A stretch of 64,000 nt of DNA from an uncultured Clostridia bacterium (GTDB lineage Bacteria > Bacillota > Clostridia > Oscillospirales > Ruminococcaceae), in NCBI GenBank assembly GCA_947629335.1, contig CANRDI010000010.1:693-64692 (forward strand). The letters run 5' to 3'. Positions 17,692 through 28,976 of this stretch are shown one piece after another. The position numbers were made by a program, and so were the translations under genes. The notes under the pieces were generated by a model. The model was not told the DNA's origin. It saw only the letters and a list, made by a program, of their open reading frames with translations, and made no database searches. Each line of letters begins with the position of its first letter. The stretch's first letter is position 1.

Positions 17692-19137
17692 TTACAAATT
17701 TAATATATCCTCGCCGCTGATAAGCCGCAGAACATTTTCCGAAAGCCGCTCGGCATAAATGGCGCTTACCTTGAAAACCGCGTTCTTATCTATCGCGGCG
17801 ATATTCTTTCTTTCGTCATATTCGTAAAACTCTAAAAGATTTTCCGTACATCCGTACTTTTCGGCATATTCTTCGGCATATATGAACTTTACGGAAAACA
17901 ACGGCTCTCCGTTCAGCTCACCGCTGTAATATTCCTCGCCGTAAGAACCGATAAGCTGTTGATAATAACTTCTGAAATCGGCTATCTCTATCTCTTCTCC
18001 GTTATAGAACACCTCTTTGTTTTCGTCGTCAATGTCGAACGTAAACTCGCCGTCGGGGGTTATTATCTCAATGCTCTCGACATAATAAATATACGGCGAA
18101 AGCGGACGTTTTGAAATTATCTTTTCCGGCACAAAAGTTCTCCATACCGCATCTTCTTTTGCAAGTTCAAAAATTCCGTTCACTCCCTCTAAAACCGTAT
18201 AATATCCTGTCGTTTCAGAATTCTCATTTTTTACCTCATTTCCTATAAGGAGCTTTTTTTCGTCAGTTCCGAGCGTGAATTTTACGACTGTATACGGATC
18301 GAGAAGTCCGCATTTTTCCATATTTTCCTGCGACTGTTCAAGAAAAGCACAGCGGCTCATTGTGAGCGAACACAGATTATTGTAAACTGCCGAACCCGCG
18401 CTTTCGTCAACTTCTGCGGTAAACGGGCTTATGAATTTATGCGTGTTATACGTTGCGGAAACAAAATCTTCATCAGACAATATATCCGACATATATCGTA
18501 TCTCGACCGCGCTTTCAAAATCCTTTCTCTCGATAGTTACGCTTTCAACTGTCGTATCGCTCAAAGATGGAGTAAGAGTAAGTTGTGCGAAATCCTTTAT
18601 ATCGTAAAATACCGCTCCGACAGCTTCCTTATCCGCCGTCATAACGTTTCTGCCGTCTATACGGAAATATACCGCCGACCCCGACGGGTTATCAGCGCCG
18701 AAATAAAGCACAATGCTTGTCTTGTCGTCAAATGATATTTTTGCGGTCGAAAGCGGCTCTTCAAGTTTGTACTTACCGAGATTTTCGGCATTTTCTTCGA
18801 CAAGCGGTTGTCTTGAAAGTCCCGCCAGACAGCCTATAAGCGAGTTTACCAAACTATCGTTTTGTGAAACTCCCAAAAGGTCTCCGCTTGTCCAGTAATA
18901 TTCAGTCTGACCGTCTACGGTTTTTTCAGCGCGTGTAAACAAAAAACTTCCGTATTGGTTTTCTATGGAAACGGACTCGACGTTTTCGCGGTTTTTGGTT
19001 GTTACGCTCACGAGCGTCGTGTCGTTTAAATCGGAACTTTCGTCGGACTGTTTCGGAGCAAATATCAGCAAAACTGCTAAAACCGCTCCCAAAACCAGAA
19101 GCGCCGCCGCGGAGATAACCAGCGTCTTTTTATTCAT
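17692..19137 (-). CDS. DUF4340-like membrane-anchored extracytoplasmic protein
   Basis: N-terminal TM helix, ..YGL..P-type repeats; start MNKKT overlaps the upstream stop (TGATG). Confidence 0.7.
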   Translation of the reverse strand: MNKKTLVISAAALLVLGAVLAVLLIFAPKQSDESSDLNDTTLVSVTTKNRENVESVSIENQYGSFLFTRAEKTVDGQTEYYWTSGDLLGVSQNDSLVNSLIGCLAGLSRQPLVEENAENLGKYKLEEPLSTAKISFDDKTSIVLYFGADNPSGSAVYFRIDGRNVMTADKEAVGAVFYDIKDFAQLTLTPSLSDTTVESVTIERKDFESAVEIRYMSDILSDEDFVSATYNTHKFISPFTAEVDESAGSAVYNNLCSLTMSRCAFLEQSQENMEKCGLLDPYTVVKFTLGTDEKKLLIGNEVKNENSETTGYYTVLEGVNGIFELAKEDAVWRTFVPEKIISKRPLSPYIYYVESIEIITPDGEFTFDIDDENKEVFYNGEEIEIADFRSYYQQLIGSYGEEYYSGELNGEPLFSVKFIYAEEYAEKYGCTENLLEFYEYDERKNIAAIDKNAVFKVSAIYAERLSENVLRLISGEDILNL

Positions 19138-20807
19138 CAGCGGTGCCTCCTGCGCAGATATATCACAATTCCGAATACGATAATGCATATCGGTATAACA
19201 ATGCACAAAACTATCGCCAATATGTTTGCCGTTCCCTCTGTCATTTCAAAGTAAACCGTTTCAAACGACTTCGGAGTTATTGAGATACCTTTGTTTTTTC
19301 CGCATACAGTGTCGAAAACTCCGAGGAAAAATATCTGATTTGCCACGTTTTCATATGACATAAAAAAATTTCCAGCCATTGTGTCCGAACCTATGGCACA
19401 TACTCTGCTAACGCCCTCGGAATTTGTTTTTGAGGACATAACGGCGTCGTTGAAAATTCCAGTTTCAGCGGTATTCGAGTCAAATTCTCCCTCATAGCCG
19501 AGCGGCTTTAAAAACGCTCTGTCATATGTTTTCATAAGGACTTCCGTTTCATTTGACGTTCCGTTTTCTATATAGACAGGACAAAGATCAGAACCTATGA
19601 TATATCCTTTTTGATAAGAGTCCAAGGTGAAATCGGTGTCCTCGATCTGCTGTAAATGGATATACTCGGAGAGGATACGATAGTCGGGGTTTGTCTGACC
19701 TACAACAGAATATCCCACTGACATTCCCCAATCGCTCAAAAACTCATCTATGTTCTTCATTTCAGACCGCTCGGAAGAAGCAAAATAGAAAACATTCTTT
19801 CCGAGAGAACCGTTATTGTCGAGAAATTTATCGATCTTTGAGAGCTGTTGTGAATTATAATCATATTTCGGAGCAAATATGACCAAAACATCCGTATCCG
19901 AAGGAATTTCGCTTGTCATAAGATTTACGTTCTCAACTTCATAGCCGTTTTTATCAAGCAGTTTTTGAAGCGCGTCGCTTGAATGTTCGCCAAATCCCTC
20001 GGTAAAAACTACCTTTGCGGGGTCGTCGTCGGAAACATAAAGCATAGCGGAGACCGCCTCCTGCTCGATAAGCGAACTTCCGATATAGCCGTAATAATAG
20101 TAATAATACATCGCCGTTTCATCATCAAGTCCGAAATAATCCGTAGGAGTTATAACGCGGTATCTTCCCGAATTTTTGTTTTCAACAACGACGCATGCCT
20201 CTGTCAGTTCTTCGTCGGAGAATTTTGCCGCGTAATCGGGATTTTGTTCAAGCTCCAGATAGCCGAGCGATATATGATTGCTGTAGAGGCTGATTTTTTT
20301 AAGAAGCTCGTTTACCTGTTTAAAATATTCTCCGCCGTCCTCGAAATGCTTTTCAGAGCTTGTGACGGTAATTGAAATATCTGTATTCAGGAAATAATCC
20401 AGATAATTTTCGGTCAAACTGCTGAGAGTATAGAGCCTTTGAGCCGTAAGGTCAGCCCTGAGCCCAAACCTGTCCGTAAGTATTCCTACGATAATATTCA
20501 CTACCACTACCGCCGCAGTAAATATTACCGTAAACGCCGCGGACATTGCTTTATATTTTTTGCGGGGATCTAAGCGCTTTTTTTTGACGTCTTCTTTTAC
20601 TGTTTCAGCTTTTTCAGTTTCCGCAGATACAGCTTTTTCCCCGTCCGAAGTTTTATCCTCTGTTATAAAAGGCTTTTCCGTTTCATTTTCTACAGGCTTT
20701 TGCACTTCGTTTTCCAAAGGCTTTCCCGCTTCATTTTCGGCGGAATTTTTTGTATACTTTTCACTGCCGCTTTTTTTGGAGGAAATATTATTTTTCTTTT
20801 TGCTCAT
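19137..20807 (-). CDS. GldG-like ABC transport auxiliary component
   Basis: DLT....YTLS..T..YL, KVVFTEGFGE and P..D.....L.KID.FL..GG-like motifs; C-terminal TM + RRR. Confidence 0.8.
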   Translation of the reverse strand: MSKKKNNISSKKSGSEKYTKNSAENEAGKPLENEVQKPVENETEKPFITEDKTSDGEKAVSAETEKAETVKEDVKKKRLDPRKKYKAMSAAFTVIFTAAVVVVNIIVGILTDRFGLRADLTAQRLYTLSSLTENYLDYFLNTDISITVTSSEKHFEDGGEYFKQVNELLKKISLYSNHISLGYLELEQNPDYAAKFSDEELTEACVVVENKNSGRYRVITPTDYFGLDDETAMYYYYYYGYIGSSLIEQEAVSAMLYVSDDDPAKVVFTEGFGEHSSDALQKLLDKNGYEVENVNLMTSEIPSDTDVLVIFAPKYDYNSQQLSKIDKFLDNNGSLGKNVFYFASSERSEMKNIDEFLSDWGMSVGYSVVGQTNPDYRILSEYIHLQQIEDTDFTLDSYQKGYIIGSDLCPVYIENGTSNETEVLMKTYDRAFLKPLGYEGEFDSNTAETGIFNDAVMSSKTNSEGVSRVCAIGSDTMAGNFFMSYENVANQIFFLGVFDTVCGKNKGISITPKSFETVYFEMTEGTANILAIVLCIVIPICIIVFGIVIYLRRRHR

Positions 20808-20816
20808 AGTTCCCCC

Positions 20817-21536
20817 TTATACATAGCGGCGGCGTTCTATAACGCGTATCGTAAAAAAATTGAATAAAACGATAATGCTCAGAAAGAACACGATATTTTT
20901 CAGACTGAAAATTCCTTGTGTAAACTCGCTGTACTTATAATAGACCGAGAGCGAGTTTATTATGTCCGAAAGCGTTGCGTTTGAAATATATGACGAAATT
21001 ATATCGAAAAGGCATATGACGATATTTACGACGATACTCCCGATAGCGGCTATCATCTGACTTTCCGTAAGCGACGAAATGAATATCCCTATTGAAATAA
21101 AGAGCGCGCCTATCAGAACCAGTCCCGCATAATGCCCCCAAAACATTCCCCATTCAAACTTGCCGTCGACCGAAGCTGTCGCAGCCGATAAAAACACCGC
21201 GTAAATTATCATAACTGTGCTTGCGCACATAAAAACAAAAAATGCTCCTAAAAATTTTCCCGCAACTATCCCGAAGAGGCTTACGGGACTTGTAAGAGTA
21301 AGCTGGTCGGTTTTCTGTCGCTTGTCATCTGCGATCGTCCGCATTGTAAGTACGGGGATAATGATAATGTTCACAAAAAACATCATCTGAAAAACTCCGC
21401 CCATAGCCGAGCTTTCTACCGCCAGACAATCGAGCCACAAGAAAAGCCCCGAAAGCGAGCAGAATACCGCAAGAAAAACAAAACCCAGCGGAGTAGTAAA
21501 ATAAGCCCTTATCTCGCGCTTCAATATAGCCGTCAT
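20817..21536 (-). CDS. ABC-2 permease (GldF-like)
   Basis: KREIRAYF.TP, LTMR.IADDKRQKTDQL.LTSPV and SSLTESQMIAA. Confidence 0.88.
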   Translation of the reverse strand: MTAILKREIRAYFTTPLGFVFLAVFCSLSGLFLWLDCLAVESSAMGGVFQMMFFVNIIIIPVLTMRTIADDKRQKTDQLTLTSPVSLFGIVAGKFLGAFFVFMCASTVMIIYAVFLSAATASVDGKFEWGMFWGHYAGLVLIGALFISIGIFISSLTESQMIAAIGSIVVNIVICLFDIISSYISNATLSDIINSLSVYYKYSEFTQGIFSLKNIVFFLSIIVLFNFFTIRVIERRRYV

Positions 21537-22495
21537 TATCTATCGCCCTCGCTTTTCCCGTAAAAATCGCCTGTCGTAAGTTTTAAGAATATCTCTTCGA
21601 GCGTAAGCTCGGAGTTTCGCATAAGCAATATCGGGTAATTCCTTGCCGCCATACGTCTGAATATCTCTCTGCGTATATCGCTTCCGTTCTTTGCAGAAAT
21701 CTCATATTCCGTCACATTTTTCCCGGCCGATCTTATTTCATATACCCTGTCTGCGGCAGAAATTCCCTCCAAAAGTTCTTTTACCTCTTTCGAGGGTCCT
21801 TCGACCTGAACTACAAGCTTGTTGTCCGAGCCGAGCGAGTGCGAAAGATTTTGCGCAGTATCGTTTGCTATAAGTTTTCCCTTATCTATTACGATTATTT
21901 TGTCGCAGACCGCTTGTACTTCCGAAAGAATATGCGAGGACAAAATGACCGTATGGTTCTTTCCGAGCTTTTTTATAAGCGTGCGTATTTCGATTATCTG
22001 CTTTGGGTCAAGTCCGACCGTCGGCTCGTCAAGTATGAGCGTCTTTGGATTTCCGACAAGCGACTGTGCCAGACCTACTCTTTGCCTGTAACCCTTTGAG
22101 AGATTTCGGATAACTCTCTTCCGCACATCATCTATCCTCGAAAGTTCGCATATCTCTCCCAAATGCGAGCGCTTCGGAAGTCTGCATTTTTTCAGCTCAT
22201 AAACGAAATTCAAATATTCATCTACCGTCATATCCTGATAAAGAGGCGGTATTTCGGGCAGATAGCCTATATTCTTCTTTGCCGCTACAGGATCTTCGAG
22301 AATATCTATGCCGTTTAAGAGAACTTGTCCGCTCGTCGCAGACAGATAACCCGTAAGTATGTTCATTGTCGTGGATTTTCCCGCGCCGTTCGGTCCGAGA
22401 AATCCGAGTATCTCGCCGTTTTCGGCGGTGAAACTTATATTGTCAACAGCTTTTTTCGAGCCGTAATTTTTACACAGTTCTTTTACCTCTATCAT
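21536..22495 (-). CDS. ABC transporter ATP-binding protein (GldA-like)
   Basis: GPNGAGKST, LSKGYRQRVGLAQ, LDEPTVGLDP and SSHILSEV. Confidence 0.92.
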   Translation of the reverse strand: MIEVKELCKNYGSKKAVDNISFTAENGEILGFLGPNGAGKSTTMNILTGYLSATSGQVLLNGIDILEDPVAAKKNIGYLPEIPPLYQDMTVDEYLNFVYELKKCRLPKRSHLGEICELSRIDDVRKRVIRNLSKGYRQRVGLAQSLVGNPKTLILDEPTVGLDPKQIIEIRTLIKKLGKNHTVILSSHILSEVQAVCDKIIVIDKGKLIANDTAQNLSHSLGSDNKLVVQVEGPSKEVKELLEGISAADRVYEIRSAGKNVTEYEISAKNGSDIRREIFRRMAARNYPILLMRNSELTLEEIFLKLTTGDFYGKSEGDR

Positions 22496-22620
22496 AAAGT
22501 TTTTGCCCTCCGCCGAACTATAAGCCGAAGTTATCCGCCGCCTTACAGTCCGAATTTATGAAGATCGTTTACTATAATTGTAATGTGTTTAAGTGAAAAA
22601 TATGTGAGATGAAGGTGAAA

Positions 22621-23508
22621 TTAAAGAGCATTTTTTACATCCCGCGCAATTTGTTCTTTAAGCTCCGCTAAATCGGCAAATTTCTTCTCGCCGCGCAAAA
22701 ATCCGCACAGCGACACCGCTATTTTCTTTCCGTAAAGCTCGCCGGAGAAATTAAGAATATGGGTCTCCATAACGACCCCGCTGTTTTCGACGACTGTAGG
22801 ACGAATGCCGATATTTGTAATTGCGCGCAGATTTTTCCCGTTTACCTGAACAAAACTTTTATACACGCCAAACCGCGGGATAACGTTTGTTGACGGGATA
22901 ATCTGGTTTATTGTCGGAAAAGACAGCTTTCTCCCGATTTGATTTCCATATACGACGGGAAGTCTGAAGCTCAGCTCGTATCCTAAAAGTCGGTTTGCCT
23001 CTTCAATCTTTCCCTCTCGTATAAGCTCACGAATGCGCGTCGAGCTTATCGGTTCTCCGTCGAGGCAGACATTTTCGGCAATATGCGCTTTAAACCCGTA
23101 TTTTTCCGAAAGCGTCAGAAGTTTTTCGGGAGTTCCCTCCCCGCCTTTTCCGAAGCGGAAACTCTCCCCGCAGCACGCAAATCCCACATCGAGCTTTTTT
23201 ACGAGTATCTCGCTCACAAACTGCTCGTAAGTAAGACCGCTCACTTCTGCATAATCGGGTGCGTAAAGATATTTTATGCCCATTTTCGAGAGCATTTCAC
23301 ATTTGTTTTCAAACGAGATTATGTCCTCCTGTTTTTCAAACTTAGGAAGAGTTGTATCACAGTTGAATGTGAAAACCGCAGGAGAAAGCTCATTCTGCGA
23401 CAAAACCTTTTGTATCACATAGACATGTCCGAGATGCAGACCGTCAAAATATCCGAGCGCAACAGCGGTTTTCTTTTCCGGTGAAGCGCCGTATGTTATA
23501 TCTATCAA
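22621..23508 (-). CDS. ribF: Riboflavin kinase/FAD synthetase
   Basis: LGYFDGLHLGH, ISSTRIR, G.QIGRKL.FPT.N, NIGIRPT and METHI. Confidence 0.95.
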   Translation of the reverse strand: MIDITYGASPEKKTAVALGYFDGLHLGHVYVIQKVLSQNELSPAVFTFNCDTTLPKFEKQEDIISFENKCEMLSKMGIKYLYAPDYAEVSGLTYEQFVSEILVKKLDVGFACCGESFRFGKGGEGTPEKLLTLSEKYGFKAHIAENVCLDGEPISSTRIRELIREGKIEEANRLLGYELSFRLPVVYGNQIGRKLSFPTINQIIPSTNVIPRFGVYKSFVQVNGKNLRAITNIGIRPTVVENSGVVMETHILNFSGELYGKKIAVSLCGFLRGEKKFADLAELKEQIARDVKNAL

Positions 23509-23521
23509 AATTTTTCACCTG

Positions 23522-24424
23522 TTAAACCTTAAAACGCTTTACAGACACAAGCTCGTCCAGATCGTTTATTTTTCCCACTCCGAGAAGCGTATCGCCGTCG
23601 TCATAGACAGTAACAAGCTCTCCGCAGGGGATAGTTTTTCTCGGACTTTTAAGCCTTTTTGCGTCAAGCCTTACGCCGTTTAAGTACAGCCTTTGCTGTT
23701 CTTTATCGAGAACTATCGGACAGTATCCCGATAAGCACACGTCAACGTTCCATAATAAAAGCTCTTCGACGGGCTTGTTTTTTATGTCCTCAACCGTCAC
23801 GCACTGTTTAAGCGTAAAACCGCAGCTTTTTGTCCTTAAAAGACTTGTCATTACCGCGCCTGTTCTTAGAGTTTTTCCAATATCATCAATAAGCGAACGA
23901 ATATATGTTCCCTCAGAACAATCGACCTCGATAATTCCGTCCCTGCCGTCAAATTCTTTAAGTTCAAGACGGCTTATGGTTATCTTCCGCGCTTTTCGCT
24001 CTACCTCTATGCCTTTTCTTGCGAGGTCGCAGAGCTTCTGACCGTTTACTTTCAGCGCGGAATACATCGGCGGCACTTGTTCAATTTCACCCATAAATTT
24101 TTCCAAGACCTCTTCGAGCCTGTTTTTTTCAACTCTCAGTTCTTTGTTTTCTTCAATTATCTCTCCCCAGATATCGAGAGTATCCGAGCTTAAACCGAGG
24201 CGAAATCCCGCGCGATAGCTTTTGCTCTTGTCGAAAACAATATCCGAGGCTTTTGTAGCATTTCCGATAAAGACGGGCAGAACGCCTGTCGCCATTGGGT
24301 CGAGCGTACCGCCATGTCCGACCTTTTTTATGCCGAACTTTTTTCTTACAATCGCCACGACGTCAAATGAAGTAAAATTCTGAGGTTTATTTACGGCTAA
24401 TATCCACTCTCCGCGCTCGTTCAT
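23522..24424 (-). CDS. truB: tRNA pseudouridine(55) synthase
   Basis: KVGHGGTLDPMATGVL, QVPPMYSA.KV.G and CSEGTYIRSL. Confidence 0.96.
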   Translation of the reverse strand: MNERGEWILAVNKPQNFTSFDVVAIVRKKFGIKKVGHGGTLDPMATGVLPVFIGNATKASDIVFDKSKSYRAGFRLGLSSDTLDIWGEIIEENKELRVEKNRLEEVLEKFMGEIEQVPPMYSALKVNGQKLCDLARKGIEVERKARKITISRLELKEFDGRDGIIEVDCSEGTYIRSLIDDIGKTLRTGAVMTSLLRTKSCGFTLKQCVTVEDIKNKPVEELLLWNVDVCLSGYCPIVLDKEQQRLYLNGVRLDAKRLKSPRKTIPCGELVTVYDDGDTLLGVGKINDLDELVSVKRFKV

Positions 24425-25386
24425 ATGATCCCCGCTTCGCGGCAGGCTTCTTCACAAGCCTCTACGACCTTTAATGCCGCTTCTTCGATAGTTCCCTCGT
24501 CAAACGAACAGCCCGAAGCTCTCTCGTGACCGCCGCCGCCGAATTTCTGCGCAATTACCGAGCAGTCCACTTTCTGAGAAGAACGCAGGGAAACTTTATA
24601 AAGTCCCTTTTTCTTTTCTTTTACGCAGATACCTATATCTACGCCCTGTATTTTTCTCGGAAAACTTGCAAGAGAACCGATATCGTCGCTGTCGATGCCC
24701 TTAATGCTCTCTACCATTGAAAGAGGAGCGAAAATTACTGCGATATGTCCGTTTGCGTAATAACGTATCGTTTTTAAAGCGGACTGTTCGAGCTGTATCC
24801 TGCCGGGGGTCTTCATATCGAACATTGCATAATTTATGTCTACGAAATCCGCGCCGCGCTCTATCATTTCCGCGGCGAGACGGTGGTTTTGGGGAGTGGT
24901 GTTGCTGAATTTAAAACAGCCCGTATCCGTCGCCATTCCCGTATAGAGAGAGTTTGCGACCGCCTTGTCTATTTCAACGCCAAGCTCTTTTATGATATAA
25001 TATATTATCTCGCACGCCGCGCCGCTTTCAGCGTCAAGGAGCGTCCTTTTCGCATAATCAATATTTGAGACATGGTGGTCGATACAAAGCTCCGCCTTAT
25101 CGCCGACTTCTTTCATATCACCGAGCAGTTTTGTGTCCGCAACATCTACGCATACGACTGTTTTCGGCTCGAACTCCTGTTCTTCAACTGCCTCAAAAAG
25201 ATAATTGAACTTTTCAGGCACGTCGTCGGGGCAAACAGCTTTCGCTTTTTTCCCCATTCTTTGCAGCGCCCCGCAAAGAGCCGTTCCACAGCCCAAAGTA
25301 TCGCCGTCGGGACTTGTATGCATTAAAATAAGATAGTCGTCGTTTTCGCGGAGAAATTCAGCCGCTTCTTTTATGTCAATCCTCAC
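24421..25386 (-). CDS. nrnA: DHH/DHHA1 oligoribonuclease / pAp phosphatase
   Basis: H.SPDGD, IDHH, TDTG.F and GGGGH..ASG. GTG start at 25386 after GAGGTG. Confidence 0.9.
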   Translation of the reverse strand: MRIDIKEAAEFLRENDDYLILMHTSPDGDTLGCGTALCGALQRMGKKAKAVCPDDVPEKFNYLFEAVEEQEFEPKTVVCVDVADTKLLGDMKEVGDKAELCIDHHVSNIDYAKRTLLDAESGAACEIIYYIIKELGVEIDKAVANSLYTGMATDTGCFKFSNTTPQNHRLAAEMIERGADFVDINYAMFDMKTPGRIQLEQSALKTIRYYANGHIAVIFAPLSMVESIKGIDSDDIGSLASFPRKIQGVDIGICVKEKKKGLYKVSLRSSQKVDCSVIAQKFGGGGHERASGCSFDEGTIEEAALKVVEACEEACREAGII

Positions 25387-25744
25387 CGTCTTCACCTCTA
25401 TCCTTTGAAAATCCCGAAATGATCTTGTCGATATGCTCCGCATAATCGAGCGAATTGTCCGAAAGGAAAATAAGCTCCGGCATTTTGCGGATTCGTATTC
25501 TTGCGGCTATCATTTTTTTGAAATAACCGCTCGCGGCTTTCATTCCCTCTACGGCTTTAGCCGTGCGTTCCTCGCCGCCCATGCACGAAACCCATACCTT
25601 ACAGTATGACAGATCGTTCGACAGCTCAGTCCGCGTGACTGTCACAAAACTTTCCGAAACGCGCGGGTCTTTTACCCCCGCGACAGCCGCCGACAGCTCC
25701 CTCAGGATATCTTCATTCAGTCGTTTGATATTAAAATTAGGCAT
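25376..25744 (-). CDS. rbfA: Ribosome-binding factor A
   Basis: KDPRV...V.VTR.ELS.DLS..KV and R.MPEL.F..D.S. Confidence 0.95.
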   Translation of the reverse strand: MPNFNIKRLNEDILRELSAAVAGVKDPRVSESFVTVTRTELSNDLSYCKVWVSCMGGEERTAKAVEGMKAASGYFKKMIAARIRIRKMPELIFLSDNSLDYAEHIDKIISGFSKDRGEDGED

Positions 25745-25774
25745 AATTCTTTCCTTTACTCTACTAAAGGAATA

Positions 25775-28615
25775 CTATTCTCTGTATTCCTCCATTACAT
25801 ACGCCTCGAAAATGTCGCCCTCTTTGATGTCTGTAAACTTTTCAAGACTTATTCCGCACTCAAAGCCCGACGAGACCTCTTTTACCGCGTCCTTAAAGCG
25901 CTGTAGTCCCGCGATCTTGTCGTCACCGACAATAATTCCGTCGCGCACTATGCGTATCTGTGACGCGCGGGAGATCTTTCCGTCGAGGACATATGAGCCT
26001 GCGACAATTCCTACGCTGCTTATCTTATAGACTTGGCGCACCTCTGCCTTTCCGAGAGCAACCTCACGGAATTTCGGCGCCAACATACCCTTCATAGCGG
26101 CAGTTATATCCTCGATAGCGTCGTAAATGACCCTGTACAAGCGCACTTCGACACCGTTTTCCTTTGCCACTTCTTCTGCCGCCGCATTAGGTCTGACGTT
26201 AAATCCGACGATTATGGCGTTACTTGCGTCGGCAAGTTTTACGTCGCTTTCGTTTACCGCGCCTACGCCGCCATGGATAACGCGCACCTTGACTTCTTCG
26301 CTCGATATTTTTTCAAGAGACTGTTTAACAGCTTCTACCGAGCCTTGAACGTCCGCCTTTACGATTATCGGAAGCTCCTTGATTTCGCCCTGTTCAATTG
26401 AGCTGAACAGATTGTCGAGTGTTACTTTCTTGTATGCGGAGAACTGTTCTTCCTTTGCCTCGGTCTTGCGCTTTTCAACAAGCTCTCTTGCAAGCTTTTC
26501 GTCCTCTACTGCCGCGAAAGTATCTCCCGCCGAAGGAACTTCCGAAAGTCCCATTATTTCCACGGGAATAGACGGACCTGCTTCGGAAACGCTTCTGCCT
26601 GTATCATCGCGCATAACTCTTACTCTGCCGACAGCCATTCCCGCGATTATTATATCACCCGTATGGAGAGTACCGTTCTGAACGAGTAAGGTCGCTATAG
26701 GTCCTCTCGACTTATCAAGTCTTGCCTCAATGACTGCGCCTTTCGCAAGCCTGTCGGGATTTGCTTTAAGCTCCATAACATCCGCCGTAAGTCCGACCAT
26801 TTCGAGCAGGTTATCCATTCCCTCGCCTGTTTTAGCCGACACGGGTACGCAGATAACATTTCCGCCCCAATCCTCGCACACAAGATCGTACTTGGTGAGT
26901 TCTTCCTTTATCTTGTCAGGATTTGCGCCCTCTTTATCCATTTTGTTTATGGCGACAATTATCTGTACTCCCGCCGCTTTCGCGTGATTTATTGCTTCTA
27001 CTGTCTGCGGCATAATTCCGTCGTCCGCTGCAACGACAAGTATTGCAATATCCGTTATCATTGCTCCGCGCGCGCGCATTGCCGTAAACGCCTCGTGTCC
27101 GGGCGTATCAAGGAATGTGATGTCGCGGTCATTCAAATGAACGCGGTATGCGCCGATATGCTGGGTAATTCCTCCTGCTTCTGTGGAAGTAACATGAGCA
27201 TGACGGATATAGTCGAGAATAGAGGTTTTTCCGTGGTCAACGTGTCCCATAACGACAACAACGGGCGAACGGGGTTTAAGATCCTCGTCCTTGTCCTCAA
27301 CGTCCTCGAAAAGACGCTCTTCTATTGTCACAACAATTTCTTTTTCGACCTTCGCGCCAAGCTCTTCTGCAACAAGCGACGCGGTATCGAAATCGATCGT
27401 TTCGTTGATGTTTGCCATTACTCCGAGACCGAACAGCTTTTTAATTACCTCGGACGCAGTGACTTTAAGCCTTGTCGCAAGCTCTCCGACAACTATCTCA
27501 TCAGGGATCTGCACCTTTAGCTGCTGCTTTCTTGCGCGTTCAAGCTCAAGCCTTTTCAGCTTCTGGGCTTCGGTCTCGCGCTTGCTTGAATACTGCTGTT
27601 TGCCGCGCTGCTGTGATTTCTGCGTAAATTTCTGCTTGCTGCGGAAATTGTCGCTGTTCATCTTGTCGCCCTTGCCGCCCGCCATTGTTTCATAGCGCTC
27701 GTTATACTTGTCAAGCTCTACATAGCTGCCTCTGGTATCGACCTTTTTCGTTACCTGCTCGCCGTGTTTTACAGCCTCGCCCTTCTGCTTCTGCTGTACG
27801 GGAGGAGTATTTACCTTTATCTTGCTGCTGTCGATAGCGGGCTTTGAAACAGGCTGTTTCATTACGGTCTGCTTATTTGCATTTCCCGACTTTGTACCGA
27901 CAGAAGGCTTCTGCTGATTATTGGGCTTTTGCTGGTTTGCGGAAGGCTTTGGGGCAGTATTGTTCTGCTGACGAATATTATTCTGTTTATTATTATCACG
28001 ATTTGCCGCAAAATTCTGCTTGCTTTCCGAACGGCTGTTCTGAGCAGTTGCACGGCTGTCGCGGTTTGTATCTTCCGCAGCGGCGGTTCTTTGTTCCGAC
28101 TTTTGCTCAGGTCTTGGTTCGGGTTTAGGCTCCGGCTTTGGTTCGGGTTTCGGCTCGGATTTTGGTTCGGATTTTGGTTCAGGCTTTGGTTCTGCCGCTT
28201 TGGGTCTGTTCTCAGCCTTTTGCTCCGCCTTTTCCAAATGCTTTTCCTGAGTCTCAGCCGCGGTCTTTTCCGTAGTTTTCTCCGCATCTTCTGCTGACTT
28301 ATGCGGTTTTTCCTCTGCTGCTCCCGTTTTCTTTGAAGAAGTTTTCTTCTTTGTTTCCTTTTTCTCAGCCGCTTCGGGCTTCGGGGTTTTAATGCTCTTT
28401 GTCTGTGCAAATGCCGAAACAAGGTCTTTTACCTCGTTATCCCTCGTAAACTTTTCAAGAAGATATCCAACCTCGTCTGCGCCGATAGTAGACGCGGCTT
28501 TTCTCGGTGTTTTTACGGGAAAAACCTCGTCAAGAATGCTCAAAAGCTCTGACTTGTCTATGCCCAAATCACTTGCAACTGTTTGGACTTTATATTTTAT
28601 CTGTTTACTTGGCAA
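25775..28615 (-). CDS. infB: Translation initiation factor IF-2
   Basis: [29 protein letters not shown] and NKMD; long low-complexity N-terminus. Confidence 0.98.
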   Translation of the reverse strand: MPSKQIKYKVQTVASDLGIDKSELLSILDEVFPVKTPRKAASTIGADEVGYLLEKFTRDNEVKDLVSAFAQTKSIKTPKPEAAEKKETKKKTSSKKTGAAEEKPHKSAEDAEKTTEKTAAETQEKHLEKAEQKAENRPKAAEPKPEPKSEPKSEPKPEPKPEPKPEPRPEQKSEQRTAAAEDTNRDSRATAQNSRSESKQNFAANRDNNKQNNIRQQNNTAPKPSANQQKPNNQQKPSVGTKSGNANKQTVMKQPVSKPAIDSSKIKVNTPPVQQKQKGEAVKHGEQVTKKVDTRGSYVELDKYNERYETMAGGKGDKMNSDNFRSKQKFTQKSQQRGKQQYSSKRETEAQKLKRLELERARKQQLKVQIPDEIVVGELATRLKVTASEVIKKLFGLGVMANINETIDFDTASLVAEELGAKVEKEIVVTIEERLFEDVEDKDEDLKPRSPVVVVMGHVDHGKTSILDYIRHAHVTSTEAGGITQHIGAYRVHLNDRDITFLDTPGHEAFTAMRARGAMITDIAILVVAADDGIMPQTVEAINHAKAAGVQIIVAINKMDKEGANPDKIKEELTKYDLVCEDWGGNVICVPVSAKTGEGMDNLLEMVGLTADVMELKANPDRLAKGAVIEARLDKSRGPIATLLVQNGTLHTGDIIIAGMAVGRVRVMRDDTGRSVSEAGPSIPVEIMGLSEVPSAGDTFAAVEDEKLARELVEKRKTEAKEEQFSAYKKVTLDNLFSSIEQGEIKELPIIVKADVQGSVEAVKQSLEKISSEEVKVRVIHGGVGAVNESDVKLADASNAIIVGFNVRPNAAAEEVAKENGVEVRLYRVIYDAIEDITAAMKGMLAPKFREVALGKAEVRQVYKISSVGIVAGSYVLDGKISRASQIRIVRDGIIVGDDKIAGLQRFKDAVKEVSSGFECGISLEKFTDIKEGDIFEAYVMEEYRE
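28100..28192 (-). repeat. In-frame 12-bp tandem repeat encoding (E-P-K-P/S)n in the IF-2 N-terminal linker
   Basis: [35 protein letters not shown]. Confidence 0.85.
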
Positions 28616-28664
28616 TGTATATTTCCTCCAAACTTTCGGGCGTTATGCCCTTAAAATTTATTGA

Positions 28665-28976
28665 TCATTTTTCGCCTATATGTTTTATGACTGCGCCGTA
28701 AAGTCCCTCATCCTGTATAAGGAACACTCCCGCACGCTTTCCAACGGCGCTTTGCGCCTCGTCCATGGTAAAATCCGCTTTTACGACCCTGCGTCCGTAC
28801 TTGTTTGCCGCAAAGCAAATCTCCTTTTCGGTTTTTTCCGAAATATCCGACGCTAAAACCACTCCGCAGAAATCCTTTCCCGAAAGTCCGCCGCATACCG
28901 CGTCAAACCCTGAAACAAGTTTTCCCGCGCGCCTGCAAAGGCAAACCGTCGAAAGTGTTTTATTCATCTTTTTCAA
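28665..28976 (-). CDS. L7Ae/L30e-family RNA-binding protein (YlxQ-like)
   Basis: LCRRAGKLVSGFDAV and LASDISEKTEKEI; nusA-infB operon position. Confidence 0.88.
   Translation of the reverse strand: MKKMNKTLSTVCLCRRAGKLVSGFDAVCGGLSGKDFCGVVLASDISEKTEKEICFAANKYGRRVVKADFTMDEAQSAVGKRAGVFLIQDEGLYGAVIKHIGEK

Noticed and set aside
17692-22495. Gld-like ABC system as a novel gliding or secretion system
   Set aside because: This four-gene arrangement is widespread in Clostridia and nothing unusual is visible here.
27862-28422. 186-aa basic ORF overlapping infB
   Set aside because: Alternative frame of the low-complexity IF-2 linker; similar shadows occur opposite gdhA and rplA.
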